From: Octopus bimaculoides | Taxonomy: Eukaryota | Assembly: GCF_001194135.2 (NCBI RefSeq) | Contig: NC_068995.1 | Coordinates: 29,939,321 to 30,003,320, forward strand | Direction: 5' to 3' | DNA length: 64,000 nucleotides | Shown: positions 26,054 to 40,222 of the stretch, piece by piece | Layout: every line of letters begins with the position of its first letter | How positions within the stretch are numbered: position 1 is the first letter of the stretch | The notes under the pieces: generated by a model | Told to the model about the DNA's origin: nothing | The model's input: the letters and a program-made list of their open reading frames with translations, nothing else | Databases searched by the model: none | Made by a program: the position numbers and the translations under genes

Positions 26054-28228
26054 CAAGGGTTGAACATGCACACAACACACGCATACACATATATGCATAT
26101 ACGTACACACACAGAAGTAAAATAAAAATGGTCATCACTCTACACACTAACGCAATTACACACATATACAAGTAGGCACACTCATAAAACTACGCACATT
26201 ACACTCACAAAAACGTGGTATACGGATGAGTGCATTAAAAGATAAACTAGTTACGATATTTTTCACAGAAAATAGAAGCCAAAGAAACATATGTCAATAG
26301 AAATAATGATTTCTTTGACAAGGAACAAGACCGTTTCAGCAGGGAGAAGAGAGTAGTTAGAGGGAATTAACAGAATGTCACTGGGTCTTATTTTTACCAA
26401 ACCTTATGTTAAATAACCTAACAGTTAATTATTTCACGAATTGAAAGTATACATAAGAATCTGCTCTACTTGAGTTTGGTGTAGTTGAGTGAAGTGGATG
26501 ATAAGTAAATAATAACCTGGGGCAGGCTGCTAATCTTTCACAGAAACATCAGAAACTCCAGAAATCAATTTCAAGCAGTTAGATGAGTAGTCATCTGAAT
26601 CAATCAAGAGTCAAGTTCGTATAAAACAACGAGGGAGCCTCTTTGAGGTCATTTGACCTGCAAGAAATAGTAGCCTAAACTATCTAAAATCATGTCTTTC
26701 CATCTTAAAAATGTAGGAACAAGTTAGCTAAAGTAACATTATACACATTAAGCCTCAAGGAAAGACTAGATTTAATGTTCATGTTTGGGAGGTATTACTA
26801 TCTCCGTGCACAGTAACGATACAGTAGTTACTAGTTATTACACTCGCAATTGTACAAGATTCAAGTGATTCAAATAGATGATGGATTCTATTATCAAAAA
26901 AGTATTATATAGTCTTCATAGAAATTCATGCTTATATCCCATAATACATAACCTTTAAAGTAAGATCAATCATTTATAAAAGATTAACTATGAAAAAATA
27001 AAATATTGCGTCAATATCTATCATATCTCATGGAAAAGACTTTATATACAGCCCATGATCACTTGAAATACATAGTAATTTTTTTGTCACCTACACTAAA
27101 GAGTGTAGTAATTCAGTTTTCATATTCACAAAAATTATAAAACATAATTTATAAAATGTATGGAATGAACAGATGACCTGAATAGAAAAGAACTTGAGCG
27201 GAAGATCTAACACACATTTTGGTTTAACACCATCATAACACAACCCGGGCTCTGTTGCAAGCATTCAGAGCATACTTCCGGTTGCTTTCTCGCTCACAGA
27301 ATTCCTTGAGCCATTGTCCTGAAGATGTCTTCAATTGTGTGGTGGGCGGGGGACATACAAAGGCCAAGGACAAATTTGTTAAAAACCTCAACTTCTTTTT
27401 TTTTCTTTTACTGAACTATATTTTAACGATTAGTCTTAACTCCATTCATGAGGTACACAACAAAAAGAACAATAACAGAAATTCAAATAGAAATTAAAAG
27501 GAAGAAAACATTGCAAATTATGTTAAAACCCAACAATACTCTTAAGATTTGAAATGCTGTTATCGGTACCTTACAAGGAAAACTTGGTTTTAATATACGA
27601 ATTAATTTTGAGTATGTTTGTCATTTATGTTCGTCCTAAGTAACATGATACCACTAAATAGCTGATTGTTTTAACCAATGAGTGCATCATATGGTATGTA
27701 TACTGCGATATCGAAAAATATTCACACACACCACATTCGTACACACATACGTGCACTCACAAACATCAGGCACTTCATATATNNNNNNNNNNTATATATA
27801 CATGCACGCAAACGCACGCACACACACATATACGCACATACATACATACATACGCACGCGCACGCACACACAGACACAGACACACACATACACAGACATA
27901 TATATTCTCATACTATGTAATCAGTAGTTGCTATCAGCGTTTCACAGTGAGAGACCTTTCTATATTATATGACTATCAGATAAAAGGATTTTTGTTTAAT
28001 CATGGAAGGGCAGGGGAAGGAGTGGTACTGCTCAACAGTTAGGAGGGCGTGGAAGCTAATCTGGTTTTAAGTAGATCATTGGTTGGGGGAGTAGTTGTTC
28101 ATTTACTTCCTTCGTCAAGTGTTTTAAACTGTGTCGGTTATCAAGATGGCAGAGAATTATTTTAATGTCTTGTCTATTCATTTTCACTTCTTTCTCTCTC
28201 TCTTTCTTTCTTTCCTTCTTTCTTTCCT

Positions 28229-28267
<39 letters not shown>

Positions 28268-28309
28268 CTCTCTCTCTCTCTCACTCTTCAACCTCCCTCT
28301 CTGTCATAT

Positions 28310-28355
<46 letters not shown>

Positions 28356-28388
28356 CTTATGTATATACACATACATATGTATACATAC

Positions 28389-28494
<106 letters not shown>

Positions 28495-28835
28495 TGATAG
28501 ATCCAGGGATCGAGGTGTAGGAAGAAAGTTAGCTTCAAGCAATCCGAAGTAAGAATAAAAAAACAACTTTCAGAGACAATAGTAGTTTATTGAGACTGAA
28601 GGTTGTGGATATTTTTCGTATCGAAGTACGATAAAAGAAAGAAAGTTATTTTTATATTTCACGGTAGGCGACCAGGGTATGCGAATTAGAATATAAGAGA
28701 TAAGGAATAGAATAGATAAGATCCGGTCCATATTTTTCATAGCGAGCAGAACCTCGGAAATGATAAATATCCAAGTGAGGTGTATACCGCAGGCTACTCT
28801 TCAGGCCAAGTATATCTTGATTAAATGAAAGTTTC

Positions 28836-28899
<64 letters not shown>

Positions 28900-29682
28900 C
28901 ATACATGTACATACGTATGTGTCTGTAAATGTTAATGTATATATACGTTTTATGTCTACATTATAATATGGATATATCATAATATGTATGTGTGTGTGTG
29001 TGTGTGTGGAATCACCAAGCTCGCACGTACTTCTTTGCCCCTCCTGTACGTGCTTCACAGCGTTCAAGACATACACACTTCACGTCTGGCTGTACAGCCC
29101 TTTTGTTTGTTTATTTCACCGTTTCGTTTCCCTGTCTTGTTTTCCGTCCGCCACTACCCTCCACGAAAACAATTTAATTTGTGTTCGTGGGAAGAACCAT
29201 TTTAACGATGCGTACTGCCTTAATTCTTCGAAACGCCGGAGTTTTAATGGTGGCAGCTGATGAAGGGGATGTTTCTATGTGGCCTGCTTGTTTGTTGCAC
29301 CTTGTTTACCATTTTTGTCCTTGTNNNNNNNNNNNNNNNNNNNNNNNNNNNNNNNNNNNNNNNNNNNNNNNNNNNNNNNNNNNNNNNNNNNNNNNNNNNN
29401 NNNNNNNNNNNNNNNNNNNNNNNNNNNNNNNNNNNNNNNNNNNNNNNNNNNNNNNNNNNNNNNNNNNNNNNNNNNNNNNNNNNNNNNNNNNNNNNNNNNN
29501 NNNNNNNNNNNNNNNNNNNNNNNNNNNNNNNNNNNNNNNNNNNNNNNNNNNNNNNNNNNNNNNNNNNNNNNNNNNNNNNNNNNNNNNNNNNNNNNNNNNN
29601 NNNNNNNNNNNNNNNNNNNNNNNNNNNNNNNNNNNNNNNNNNNNNNNNNNNNNNNNNNNNNNNNNNNNNNNNNNNNNNNNNN

Positions 29683-31427
29683 GGATTATCTAAGTCAAGT
29701 TTTGTTTATGGTCCATTCAAGTAGTGAGTTCTTGTTGACTGAGTTGGTCCAGGTGTGGGTGGCTTATCTGGTATTCCTTGAAGAAATCTGTCCAGACTCC
29801 GTTTAAAGGTGATGGGATCCTTTTCCTCTTTGATCAGTTTAGGGACAATGTTAAACAGGGCAGGGCCTGTTGAGGAAAAGAAATTGTGTCGCAGTGTACC
29901 TATATGTAGTGATCCTGAATTGGGCAGGGGACGTATGGCCCGTGGTCCCAACCTTGGATGAACCTTGAAACTAATGTTCAGGTCGTTTGGGCAATGCTGG
30001 CGGTATATTCTCCACATCATACAAATGACGTACCGCTCGCAGCGGCGCTGGAGAGAGTAGAGTTTCACGGCTTTAAGGTGGTTCCAGTAATCGAGATCAG
30101 TCATGCCTTCAATTCGTTTAGTGAGTGCCCTCTGGGGTGATTCAATCTTCGAGATGTTTTGTTTTGTATGGGGAAACCACAAGGGGCAGCAGTATTCGAG
30201 GTGTCGCCGTACAAAGGAGGAGAAAAGTGGAATGATGATACCTTGTTCTCTGGACCGGAAGGTTCTTAAGATCCAGCAGCTCATCCCACGAGCTATATCG
30301 ACCTTATCGTTGATGTGGGCACTCCAACTGAGATTGTTGTCAACAATTACACCTAGGTCTCTGATATTATTAGATGCTGTGAGCGGTTCCCTTGAAGAAA
30401 GAGAGTATGGCTGTTTTAGTTTAGTCTTTCTTCCAAAATGCATCAGCTTAAATTTTCCCTCGTTTAGTTGCATTTTGTTTTTGTCTGCCATTGACTCACA
30501 GCATATAGATCAGACTGGAGTTGAGTTCGGTCTTCTTCATTGATGATTTCCTGGAGCTTAGTGTCATCAGCAAATATTTTCACTTTGCAGTGATTTACGT
30601 CGCTGGAAAGGTCGTTTATATACATTATAAAGAGGAGCGGGCCGAAGACAGTCCCCCGAGGGACACCGCTGGTGACTTTTGCTGGGCTTGACTGGACTCC
30701 ATCGACCACAACATGTTGTGTTCTATACACCAGGAAATATTTAATCTAATATAGAAGTTTTCCACGGGTTCCAACATTTGCCAATTTTGAGAGTAAGATA
30801 TTATGGTCAACCCTGTCGAACGCTTTACAGAAGTCAAGATATATGACGTCAGAGTTCGAACCTGTTCCCAAGGCTTTAAGTATATCCTCAATGCGGTGCA
30901 AGAGCTGTGTTAGACAGTCCCTGCCACAACGAAAGTCATGCTGATTTGCACTTAGGAATTTGTGGATCTCCAGGAAGTCAGCTGTCCTTGATCTTACCAC
31001 CCTTTCAAACACTTTAATGATGTGGGAGGTGAGTGAGATTGGGTGATAGTTGACTGCGACGGATCTGTCTCCCTGTTTGAAAAGCGGGATGACAGACTGG
31101 GATAGGAGCTGCTTCAGTATAAAACCTGAGTCTAAAGAATTTCTCCAGGGGTTGGTCAAAGGGACTGCAAGTTGGTGTCTACATTCCTTCAGGAGACTAG
31201 CAGGGAATCTATCAGAGCCTACAGCAGAATAGTATTTGACCTCATTTATTGCTGCTATGATGTCTGAGGCAGTGAAGGTTATGTCCGAGATTTTATGTTG
31301 GGAATCAACTTCGTTCGTTTCTCTTATGTCAATATCAGTGGGATCACTAAAGACAGAGTAGTATTGTTTCTGCAGTATTTCCGCCATTTCTTTAGCATCG
31401 TGTTGGGGAATGCCGTTATCATCGATC
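29683..31427 (-). mobile_element. 5'-truncated CR1-clade LINE (reverse transcriptase), two frameshifts
   Basis: NYHPISLTSHIIKVFER, NQHDFRCGRDCLTQLL, VIYLDFCKAFDRVDH, SGVPRGTVFGPLLFIMYINDL, FADDTKL, RDLGVIVDNNLSWSAHI, HLEYCCPLW, LYSLQRRCER. Confidence 0.92.
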
Positions 31428-32524
31428 ATGCATAAATATATATACATAACACATATGGACATGTATATGTGTTTGCTTGTGTGTGTATGTTCAGTTTTCA
31501 ATAGTATATATTGTTTTCAAGACGAGACCAATTATTTTTTATATAATTATATTTGAAATATTTCGTATTATTTAGAATGTGTGCTAATAACATTACTATT
31601 TCATCAGCATGCTCTGTTAAGGAATAAATCATCCAGTCCTTTTCTGCTCTTTTGCGATACTTTTTCTACCAAGACACAATGGCGAACTACCACAGTGGAT
31701 TATATGAAAGTATAAGCAGCTATACTTGAGTTTTTAAATACTGAGACAAGCACCCCAGCAAATGTGAGTACCACAGCAAATCTGCTACGCATGTTCAAGC
31801 GGACAGAATGATTGGTTGAACAAAACGTGCAGGTCAGTGTTTTTGTTATACTTATGAATGGAGATCGTCACAGCGGCTGCTGCTTTTGCAATGTTAATAA
31901 TTAGAGTTTTTTTTTTCTGCCATGATCAAACACAGGCCTACAAGCCTCTATTCTGCATGTAGACTAGTTCAACATCATGAAACTATATCCACACTCTGTC
32001 CCCCAAATGATGGGCTAACTTCCACGGACAGTGACGAAGGTGCAATTGATGGATGTGCTGGACTTCTACAGATACTTTGGAATAGATACTTTGGAACCAA
32101 GGTGATTTACTCAACAGCTTTTGTTAGAGACTTCTCGTGGCAATTTATTTGACCAAAACCTGCAAATGAGTCTCTATCGAAAGTAAAACTTTAATTTGGC
32201 GACGTGCTGTAAGATTCTCCACTGCATTGTCAATGATATCAATTAAATGTTCAGAAAAGTGTTCGAGACTCAACGATTCATTACAAATAAACTTGAAAGC
32301 AGATCTATTTGATACCGGAAATGTAAAGCTATGTTGCCCCATTGTCCATTCTATCCAGTTAAAAGAAACACAATGACTTGACTGTTTCTATCAATTAAAT
32401 CACTGTGAGGATTTGATAGTTATTGACATACTAATGGGCGTGCAAGCAGGATTTTCAAACAACTGCTTTCTTACATGCACACACACACACACACACACGC
32501 ACACACACACACACACACACACTT

Positions 32525-32559
<35 letters not shown>

Positions 32560-34050
32560 CATTCTTTTATCTTTTTCTTTGCTTCAGTCATGCGACTGCT
32601 ATATCAAGTTTATGAGAAAAAATTATATTCACAAAACTTTGTATATTCTTCAATTACATCAGCATAAGTAAATCTATGATGCACAAAATGAGATTATATG
32701 TAAGTGTATATGGTGGAAGTAATAGTATTTCGCCCATGTCTATTCCGTCTTGAAAACTCACTGGGGTCGAATTTTCAGCAACAACAACAGCAGCAACGTG
32801 TCCGGCCGTGCCAAGAGCAACGGCAGCGACAGCGGCGGCAACAACAATAGTTGCACCTCCAGTAATGGAAGGACACATTCATGGGAATATGTTGCAGTAA
32901 TGGAGGACCCCTTTAAGCGATGATTAAGTAACCACGGTCCCTCTTTTCGGATCTCTGAGAGTCACAACGTTACGCCTTTGAACAACTGCATATGGCGTTT
33001 AAAAGAAGAGAAAGCACCGTACAGGATTAAATAGAAGCTCTTGTAACAGCCCGGACTATGCCTCTACGACAGCAAACGATGCAATCGTGTCAGAGTTATG
33101 GAATTCCCCACTTGCTGATTAATGAACAGAAATCGTACATAAACTGACCCTTATTGGAACCAACTGGAACCAAAGGGAGATAACCCCATCTCACTCAGAA
33201 AGGGTTTTCGTTTCGAAGATTTTTATTTCAGGCTTTTTTTTTTTTCACGACCCTGGCTGAGCAAGACTGTATTCTCAACTTCGTTAGTAATACGGTCATG
33301 TGCCTCAGGCCTCCAGCTCTGGTGAGTCGTCTACATAGCTAAAAGCATAACAGACGCGAAACTAAAGGTTACTTTCTGACCGGCCTCAATCAACGACTGC
33401 TTTAGCTGAAATTTATATNNNNNNNNNNNNNNNNNNNNNNNNNNNNNNNNNNNNNNNNNNNNNNNNNNNNNNNNNNNNNNNNNNNNNNNNNNNNNNNNNN
33501 NNNNNNNNNNNNNNNNNNNNNNNNNNNNNNNNNNNNNNNNNNNNNNNNNNNNNNNNNNNNNNNNNNNNNNNNNNNNNNNNNNNNNNNNNNNNNNNNNNNN
33601 NNNNNNNNNNNNNNNNNNNNNNNNNNNNNNNNNNNNNNNNNNNNNNNNNNNNNNNNNNNNNNNNNNNNNNNNNNNNNNNNNNNNNNNNNNNNNNNNNNNN
33701 NNNNNNNNNNNNNNNNNNNNNNNNNNNNNNNNNNNNNNNNNNNNNNNNNNNNNNNNNNNNNNNNNNNNNNNNNNNNNNNNNNNNNNNNNNNNNNNNNNNN
33801 NNNNNNNNNNNNNNNNNNNNNNNNNNNNNNNNNNNNNNNNNNNNNNNNNNNNNNNNNNNNNNNNNNNNNNNNNNNNNNNNNNNNNNNNNNNNNNNNNNNN
33901 NNNNNNNNNNNNNNNNNNNNNNNNNNNNNNNNNNNNNNNNNNNNNNNNNNNNNNNNNNNNNNNNNNNNNNNNNNNNNNNNNNNNNNNNNNNNNNNNNNNN
34001 NNNNNNNNNNNNNNNNNNNNNNNNNNNNNNNNNNNNNNNNNNNNNNNNNN

Positions 34051-34111
<61 letters not shown>

Positions 34112-34634
34112 TGAGAGAGAGAGAGAGTGAGAGAGAGAGAGAGAAATTGAACCTGAAACCACGTGATGCCAAGCAAACCTCTTAATCACATAGCCATGCT
34201 TGTAATTTAACCGGAAGTCACTTAAAAAAAAACTGTATAGTGAAGCATTAACGACAAACAGCCAACTAGTTTGTTATAGAAACGTATAAGTTGATGTTAC
34301 ATTTTTGGTTACAGTTCTAGTAAGAATGTCTTAAAGAAAATGTCTGCTTTAAGAACGAAGTTTCTAGAATCTGAGACGAAATCTTTTTGAGACGTTAACT
34401 CAGTTATTTTAATGACATTCTTCAGATGCTGTGTGCAAATGTCAATGTAAGTGATACATTCTTACCAAATAATGTACATATTAAAGATCTAGCGATCCGA
34501 AGCGCTTTATGTGGATTTGCATGACAATATCTAACAACGAAATATCACTCTAAATTCATACCATTTGTGAGACATGGAAAAAACAACATTATTATTATTA
34601 TTATTATTATTAATAATAATAATATTATTATTAC

Positions 34635-34717
<83 letters not shown>

Positions 34718-35479
34718 TAGCGGTGGATTGACAGAAAACATTAGAGCGAGGGATAAAGTGTCTTATGTTATTTATGCCGGTGCTTTATATTCTAAGTTCA
34801 AATCCAGCCAAGATCGATGTTACCATTCTTCCAATCTCGGGTAATGAATTTGCAAAAACGCCAGAGGGTTGGATGTGAATTTTTGCGTTGCTTTGGCTTT
34901 TCTCGTTCTAGTTTGAAATCTCATTGTAGCCTACCAGGGTTTGTAGACTTGGTCCGTCATTCTGTTTCACAACACCACATGGAAATTTAGATATCTTTAG
35001 AGGGGTCCACTCAATTGCAAGCATTTGGGCCTTCTTCTACCAGTCTTGGAGGTCCCGTAAAATGCCATAGATACTTCTCTTGCTTCTTGGCTAAAATGAA
35101 AAAAATAATTGAGTTCAAGTCTTACCGATATAAACTTTGCTTTTTATCCTTCCGTGTTCAATAAAATGAAGTACCAGTCAAGTACTGAGGTCTATGGTAT
35201 TGACTTACGCCTTCACTGAAAACTGATAACATTTCATCTGTTACAAACAATTAGTCAAATGATAGATTGGTAGAATCGATAGAGCATCCAACAAAATGCA
35301 TTGCCGTTTTTGCTTCTTTTTTGTATTTTTTTTTTTTTTGCACTTTATGTTCACTTTTCAAATTTCGCAGAGCTCAACTTTTACTTTCAAGAGTGATAAA
35401 GTAAAGTACTAGTCATGTATTGAAGTCGATATAACCAAATGTTAGGTCGTGTGACTACGTTAGAAACAATTATCTGCAA

Positions 35480-35800
35480 TCATGAGTCAAGAGTAGAACC
35501 GAGGTTGGGTGCCTAGCATTTAGAATGTTGCCAGACACTCACAGCACTCTACCAACTGGTCAAAGCCATCGACAGGATGACAACTCTGGTATTCTACAGC
35601 GGATTAGTGGAGGGTGTGCGCATCAATGGTCTGGGTGTTGTCGATAGCAGTCTGAGTAGTAACTTTTGAGAGACTTTCAAGTTGGAGATTATAGACAACC
35701 TCAAAACTACTCACAATGGCAAAGCTGTAGGTTGGAGGGGAGAAGTATAATTTGTTCGAAACAAGATCCTACAGGAATGAAAGTGCAAACAATTAAACTT
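35480..35800 (+). mobile_element. Possible degenerate RTE-clade LINE 3' fragment
   Basis: Translation contains LVFYSGLVEGVR..GWRGEV, loosely like the RTE C-terminal FYGEL..G.R..WR..V. Stops are present. Confidence 0.3.
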
Positions 35801-36571
35801 GTCCGTGATGCATGGATGGAAACAAAATTGTTCTGCACGCTACCATTCAGTACTCATGCACTACTGACCTGAAGGCTTGTATCGAACAGCTGATGTCTCG
35901 TGTGAGATGAATCCAACTAAGTCGAATCTATAGTGAAACTCAAGTGTTACCTTCCTTTGGCAGAGAAGGACAACCAGTCTTATAGCTATAGCAGAATAAG
36001 TGGTGTGGTGTGGTGTGGTGTGGTGTGGTGAGCTTGTCTGGAAAGTTTGAAGGCAGGCATTTCCCTCTCTAGCCAAGTTCCCAATATCTTCTCCCAGTAA
36101 CACTTGAAGAGGGAAATTAGAGGTAGAGAAGGAGGTATGAATTTGTTGTGTTTCAGGAAAGAGGGGTAAGATAGGCGTGACTGATGAAACTAAATAGGTC
36201 TCTACTGAACATATATTCTTAAGCTGGGCNNNNNNNNNNNNNNNNNNNNNNNNNNNNNNNNNNNNNNNNNNNNNNNNNNNNNNNNNNNNNNNNNNNNNNN
36301 NNNNNNNNNNNNNNNNNNNNNNNNNNNNNNNNNNNNNNNNNNNNNNNNNNNNNNNNNNNNNNNNNNNNNNNNNNNNNNNNNNNNNNNNNNNNNNNNNNNN
36401 NNNNNNNNNNNNNNNNNNNNNNNNNNNNNNNNNNNNNNNNNNNNNNNNNNNNNNNNNNNNNNNNNNNNNNNNNNNNNNNNNNNNNNNNNNNNNNNNNNNN
36501 NNNNNNNNNCCTCCTTCTCCTCTTCCTCCTCCTCCTCCTCCTCCTCCTCCTCATTATTATTATCATTATTA

Positions 36572-36615
<44 letters not shown>

Positions 36616-36632
36616 GTTATTATTATTATTAT

Positions 36633-36958
36633 TGAGTAAGAGAGCAGTGCATGCCATCAAAGTGACACTGCGGTACAAATATACGAAGCCCAGTATAACC
36701 ATCATGACTACCCGTCTAATAAAGATACACTGGGCACAAGCATCACAACCATATGTGCGCGACATGGTAATCTCATATCAAGATAAACAGCGCATGACAT
36801 TGCGGGTAGGGCCCAGTTACAATTTTCATCAGGTCGAGCAGCCCATCCCGCTCAAGAAGTCCTTGAATAAAGGTTGTTTAAGGATGTTGGACGAAACACC
36901 TATGTTTCCAGAGGTGAATTATTCAAACCTCAAAGAATTTCCTCTCAACACATGGCTA
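36633..36958 (-). repeat. Partial second copy of the unclassified triplet-tailed repeat
   Basis: Aligns by eye with 23045-23370; flanked by (ATT)n. Confidence 0.8.
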
Positions 36959-36974
36959 TTATTATTAATAATCG

Positions 36975-37160
36975 TTAGCACGCTAGACGAAATACTTATA
37001 GGTATTTCGCCCGTCGCTACGTTCCACTGAAGTCGACTTAGCCTTTCATCCTTTCGGGGTCGATAAAATAAATGCCAGTGAAACACAGGGGTCGATGTAA
37101 TCGATTTATCCCCTCCCACAAGATGGCTGCCCTTGTGGCAAAATTTGAAACCATTATCAT
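36975..37160 (+). mobile_element. SINE family A, degenerate copy
   Basis: gcctttcatcctttcggggtcgataaaataa and ggggtcgatgtaatcga motifs. Confidence 0.75.
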
Positions 37161-37412
37161 TATTAATGGCGGTAAGCTGTCAGAATTGCTAGTGTCGGAA
37201 AACAGTAGAGATGTTTATTTTTCACTTTTGAAACGTAATACTGAAATAGTGTAAGAGATAAGAGATTGCTCCGGGCTTGCCTTAGGCAAGAAGTTGAAAA
37301 TTTTGTGGGGATGGGCATGACACTGCATGGACCCTAAGTAAAGCATGTGTAAAATTTGAATGAAATCGGTTGGGTAATTCTCAAGTTTTAATGATGCGCA
37401 CACACGCGCGCG

Positions 37413-37450
<38 letters not shown>

Positions 37451-39182
37451 ATACACATAGAAGCACACAAACAGCATAAACATAAAAGGTGAAATAGACA
37501 AACACGAAGGTATACATGCTTACAAAATTACATATACAGCGTACACACACTCATATATATATATGTGTGTAAANNNNNNNNNNNNNNNNNNNNNNNNNNN
37601 NNNNNNNNNNNNNNNNNNNNNNNNNNNNNNNNNGTGTGTGTGTGTGTGTACACACACACACACACATTCTCAGTTTTATATATATAGTGAAGTAAACATC
37701 TTCGATGAGACACCCTTTCCCGCTCAAGCAAAGATCGAAAATCGATTAAGGCAATTAGTCCTTTTTTTTTCCATTCTCTGCAGAGAAATAGTTAAATTTG
37801 CCATATTTGTTTGTGTACAATATAGATTTACACACATATATATATATGAGTGTGTGTACGCTGTATATGTAATTTTGTAAGCATGTATACCTTCGTGTTT
37901 GTCTATTTCACCTTTTATGTTTATGCTGTTTGTGTGCTTCTATGTGTATCATGGAAGGGGCGTGGATATGAGGAAAAAATTCCGAATTTCTGAGCTTGAT
38001 TAATGAGGCCAGCGGTTGATAGATAACAATCTTTGGTAGAAGTAGTTATCTACCTATTTTTTTTTAACCCATTTCTTTTCTACTGATGACCAGGATACGC
38101 ATACACATATACAAGCACACGCAAGCATACATATATTAACGACGACGTGCGTGTGCATATGTATGTATAGATAGATGGACAATTCATATATATATAGATA
38201 GGTGTAAACAAGTATACTTGTATATGTGGAGATTGGATGCATATCTATGTACGTGCGTGTGCGCGTGTGCGGTATATAAACTTAGATGAAAGGTTTCCGG
38301 AATTGTAGGAAAATATTAATTTCGTCTTCTAATGTATGCTGAACCGATTGGCCAGCCAGCTGTGTATATACTAATCAGCTAATTACCCATCAGTTATGTG
38401 TATAGTGAGGAAAAGGTAGTGTCAACATATTTAATGTAGTGAGTTAAGATATGATATTTTAGTTAACTGAAATTACAACTTTAGTAAAGAGATAATCAGT
38501 TTACAAATTATTAATTTACTAATGAATTAATTCTGGTCAACAAAGACAAAGAAAGAAAATACCGAAATTTTAATTAGAATGAATTAACAAAGAATGTAAG
38601 CAAGGAAGGGGTGAGGTAGTCTGACCTTGGTAGTACTGTGGGACTGTTTCGGTCTTGTTAGACATCTTCAGCAAAAGATAGCAATCACCAATACTGCCAG
38701 ATAACAATGATCCAGGGAGTACCTTCTGCCTTTCTTCATCAGACCATTTAATGTAATGATTCTGTTTCTTCGTCACGGGTGTAACATTACTTGAAATCAC
38801 TTACTACACTAACACCGAACTCTGATTTTCATGCAAAGCATGCACCTCACTACTCTTCCCCCATCCTTTTAACCTACACTCTGTATTGTATACAGTCGAT
38901 CACCCAGCATACATGCGTATATAAACTTTTACACAATATGTGGAACTGACTAGTCGCCCAGCTATGCGTATGTATTATATACAGCCGACCACCCATCAGA
39001 TATTATAAGTAAAGTGCGTTGAACTGATTATTCATCCAGATGTGTATACAGCTGATCATCCAAACAACAACGTGTAAAAAATGTTGAACTGGTTACTTAC
39101 CCAGATATATGTGTCCACTGTTTAGCGCTCATTACCCACACGATATGTGTAGAATATGTTGAACAGATTACACCCTGATTTT

Positions 39183-39213
<31 letters not shown>

Positions 39214-39296
39214 GTATCATATACAATTGATCACCACACACTCTATCCAGTGTGTTGAATCGACCACTCACCAGGTGTGTGTATATATTATAAGCA

Positions 39297-39392
39297 GGCG
39301 TAGGAGTGGCTGTGTGGTAAGTAGCTTGCTTACCAACCACATGTTTCCGGGTTCAGTCCCACTGCGTGGCACCTTGGGCAAGTGTCTTCTAC

Positions 39393-39476
<84 letters not shown>

Positions 39477-39680
39477 TGTGTCTGTGTTTGTCCCCCCAAT
39501 ATCGCTTGACAACCGATGCTGGTGTGTTTACGGCCCCCGTAACTTAGCGGTTCGGCAAAAGAAACCGATAGAATAATTACTAGGCTTCCAAAGAATAAGT
39601 CCTGGGGTCGATTTACTCGACTAAAGGCGGTGCTCCAGCATGGCCACAGTCACATGACTGAAACAAGTAAAACAGAGTAA
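39297..39680 (+). mobile_element. SINE family B, near full-length
   Basis: Head ggcgtaggagtggctgtgtggtaag, ggttcagtccc, internal (TG)n and tail aaacaagtaaaacagagt; homologous pieces at 2990, 17452 and 18495. Confidence 0.85.
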
Positions 39681-39722
39681 GTGATCGGATAAAACATATA
39701 TTCAACTAATCACTCCTTAGCT

Positions 39723-40070
39723 CAGTGATTTCCAACGTGGGGCCTGGGAAAATTGTGGTTGGACACGAGATGCAAAATTTTGCTCTTTTTTTAGTGGGAC
39801 GTGGAATTATGAAATTTTTCTCTCACTGCAATCATACTACACCTATACTCAGTTTAACCAAGCCAATCCTTCCAGCCAAGCATACTGAGTGAAGACTGTT
39901 TGTTACAGTATAGTGCTGTTCTAACGTTCTAGTGTGGATATTTCTTTAAGAAAAGTACATAATAATGAGAAGAAAATAAATTGTTAACCTTTTTACGTAT
40001 TCCACCGGTGGAGCATACAGTCTCAGTAAAGATGTAGTGGGCCTAGAGGAAAATAGGTTGGGAAACACTG
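39723..40070. mobile_element. hAT (Charlie-like) MITE
   Basis: TIRs cagtgatttccaacgt / aggttgggaaacactg; TSD ccttagct versus reconstructed ccctaact (6/8). Confidence 0.6.
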
Positions 40071-40074
40071 CCCT

Positions 40075-40222
40075 TACAAGCGTAGCTACTGTGCCGCCCG
40101 GGACGGTCCTTCAGTTTGCTCCCCTGGGCCTCCACAACAAACACATATTGCCTACAGCAGACCTAAAAGTGGTGCCACCCCGGGGCGGACTGACCCCTCC
40201 ACCCCCTCTAGCTACGCTTGTG
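40075..40222. mobile_element. 148-bp hAT MITE
   Basis: TIRs (t/c)acaagcgtagcta; 8-bp TSD actgccct / gctgccct (7/8). Confidence 0.8.

Noticed and set aside
28652-28830. Tyr-rich minus-strand ORF after (TG)n
   Set aside because: No motif recognised, weak acceptor, starts in a microsatellite.
29195-29275. GAAAC and CTGATGA motifs suggesting a second hammerhead
   Set aside because: Stems I and III cannot be formed convincingly in any topology.
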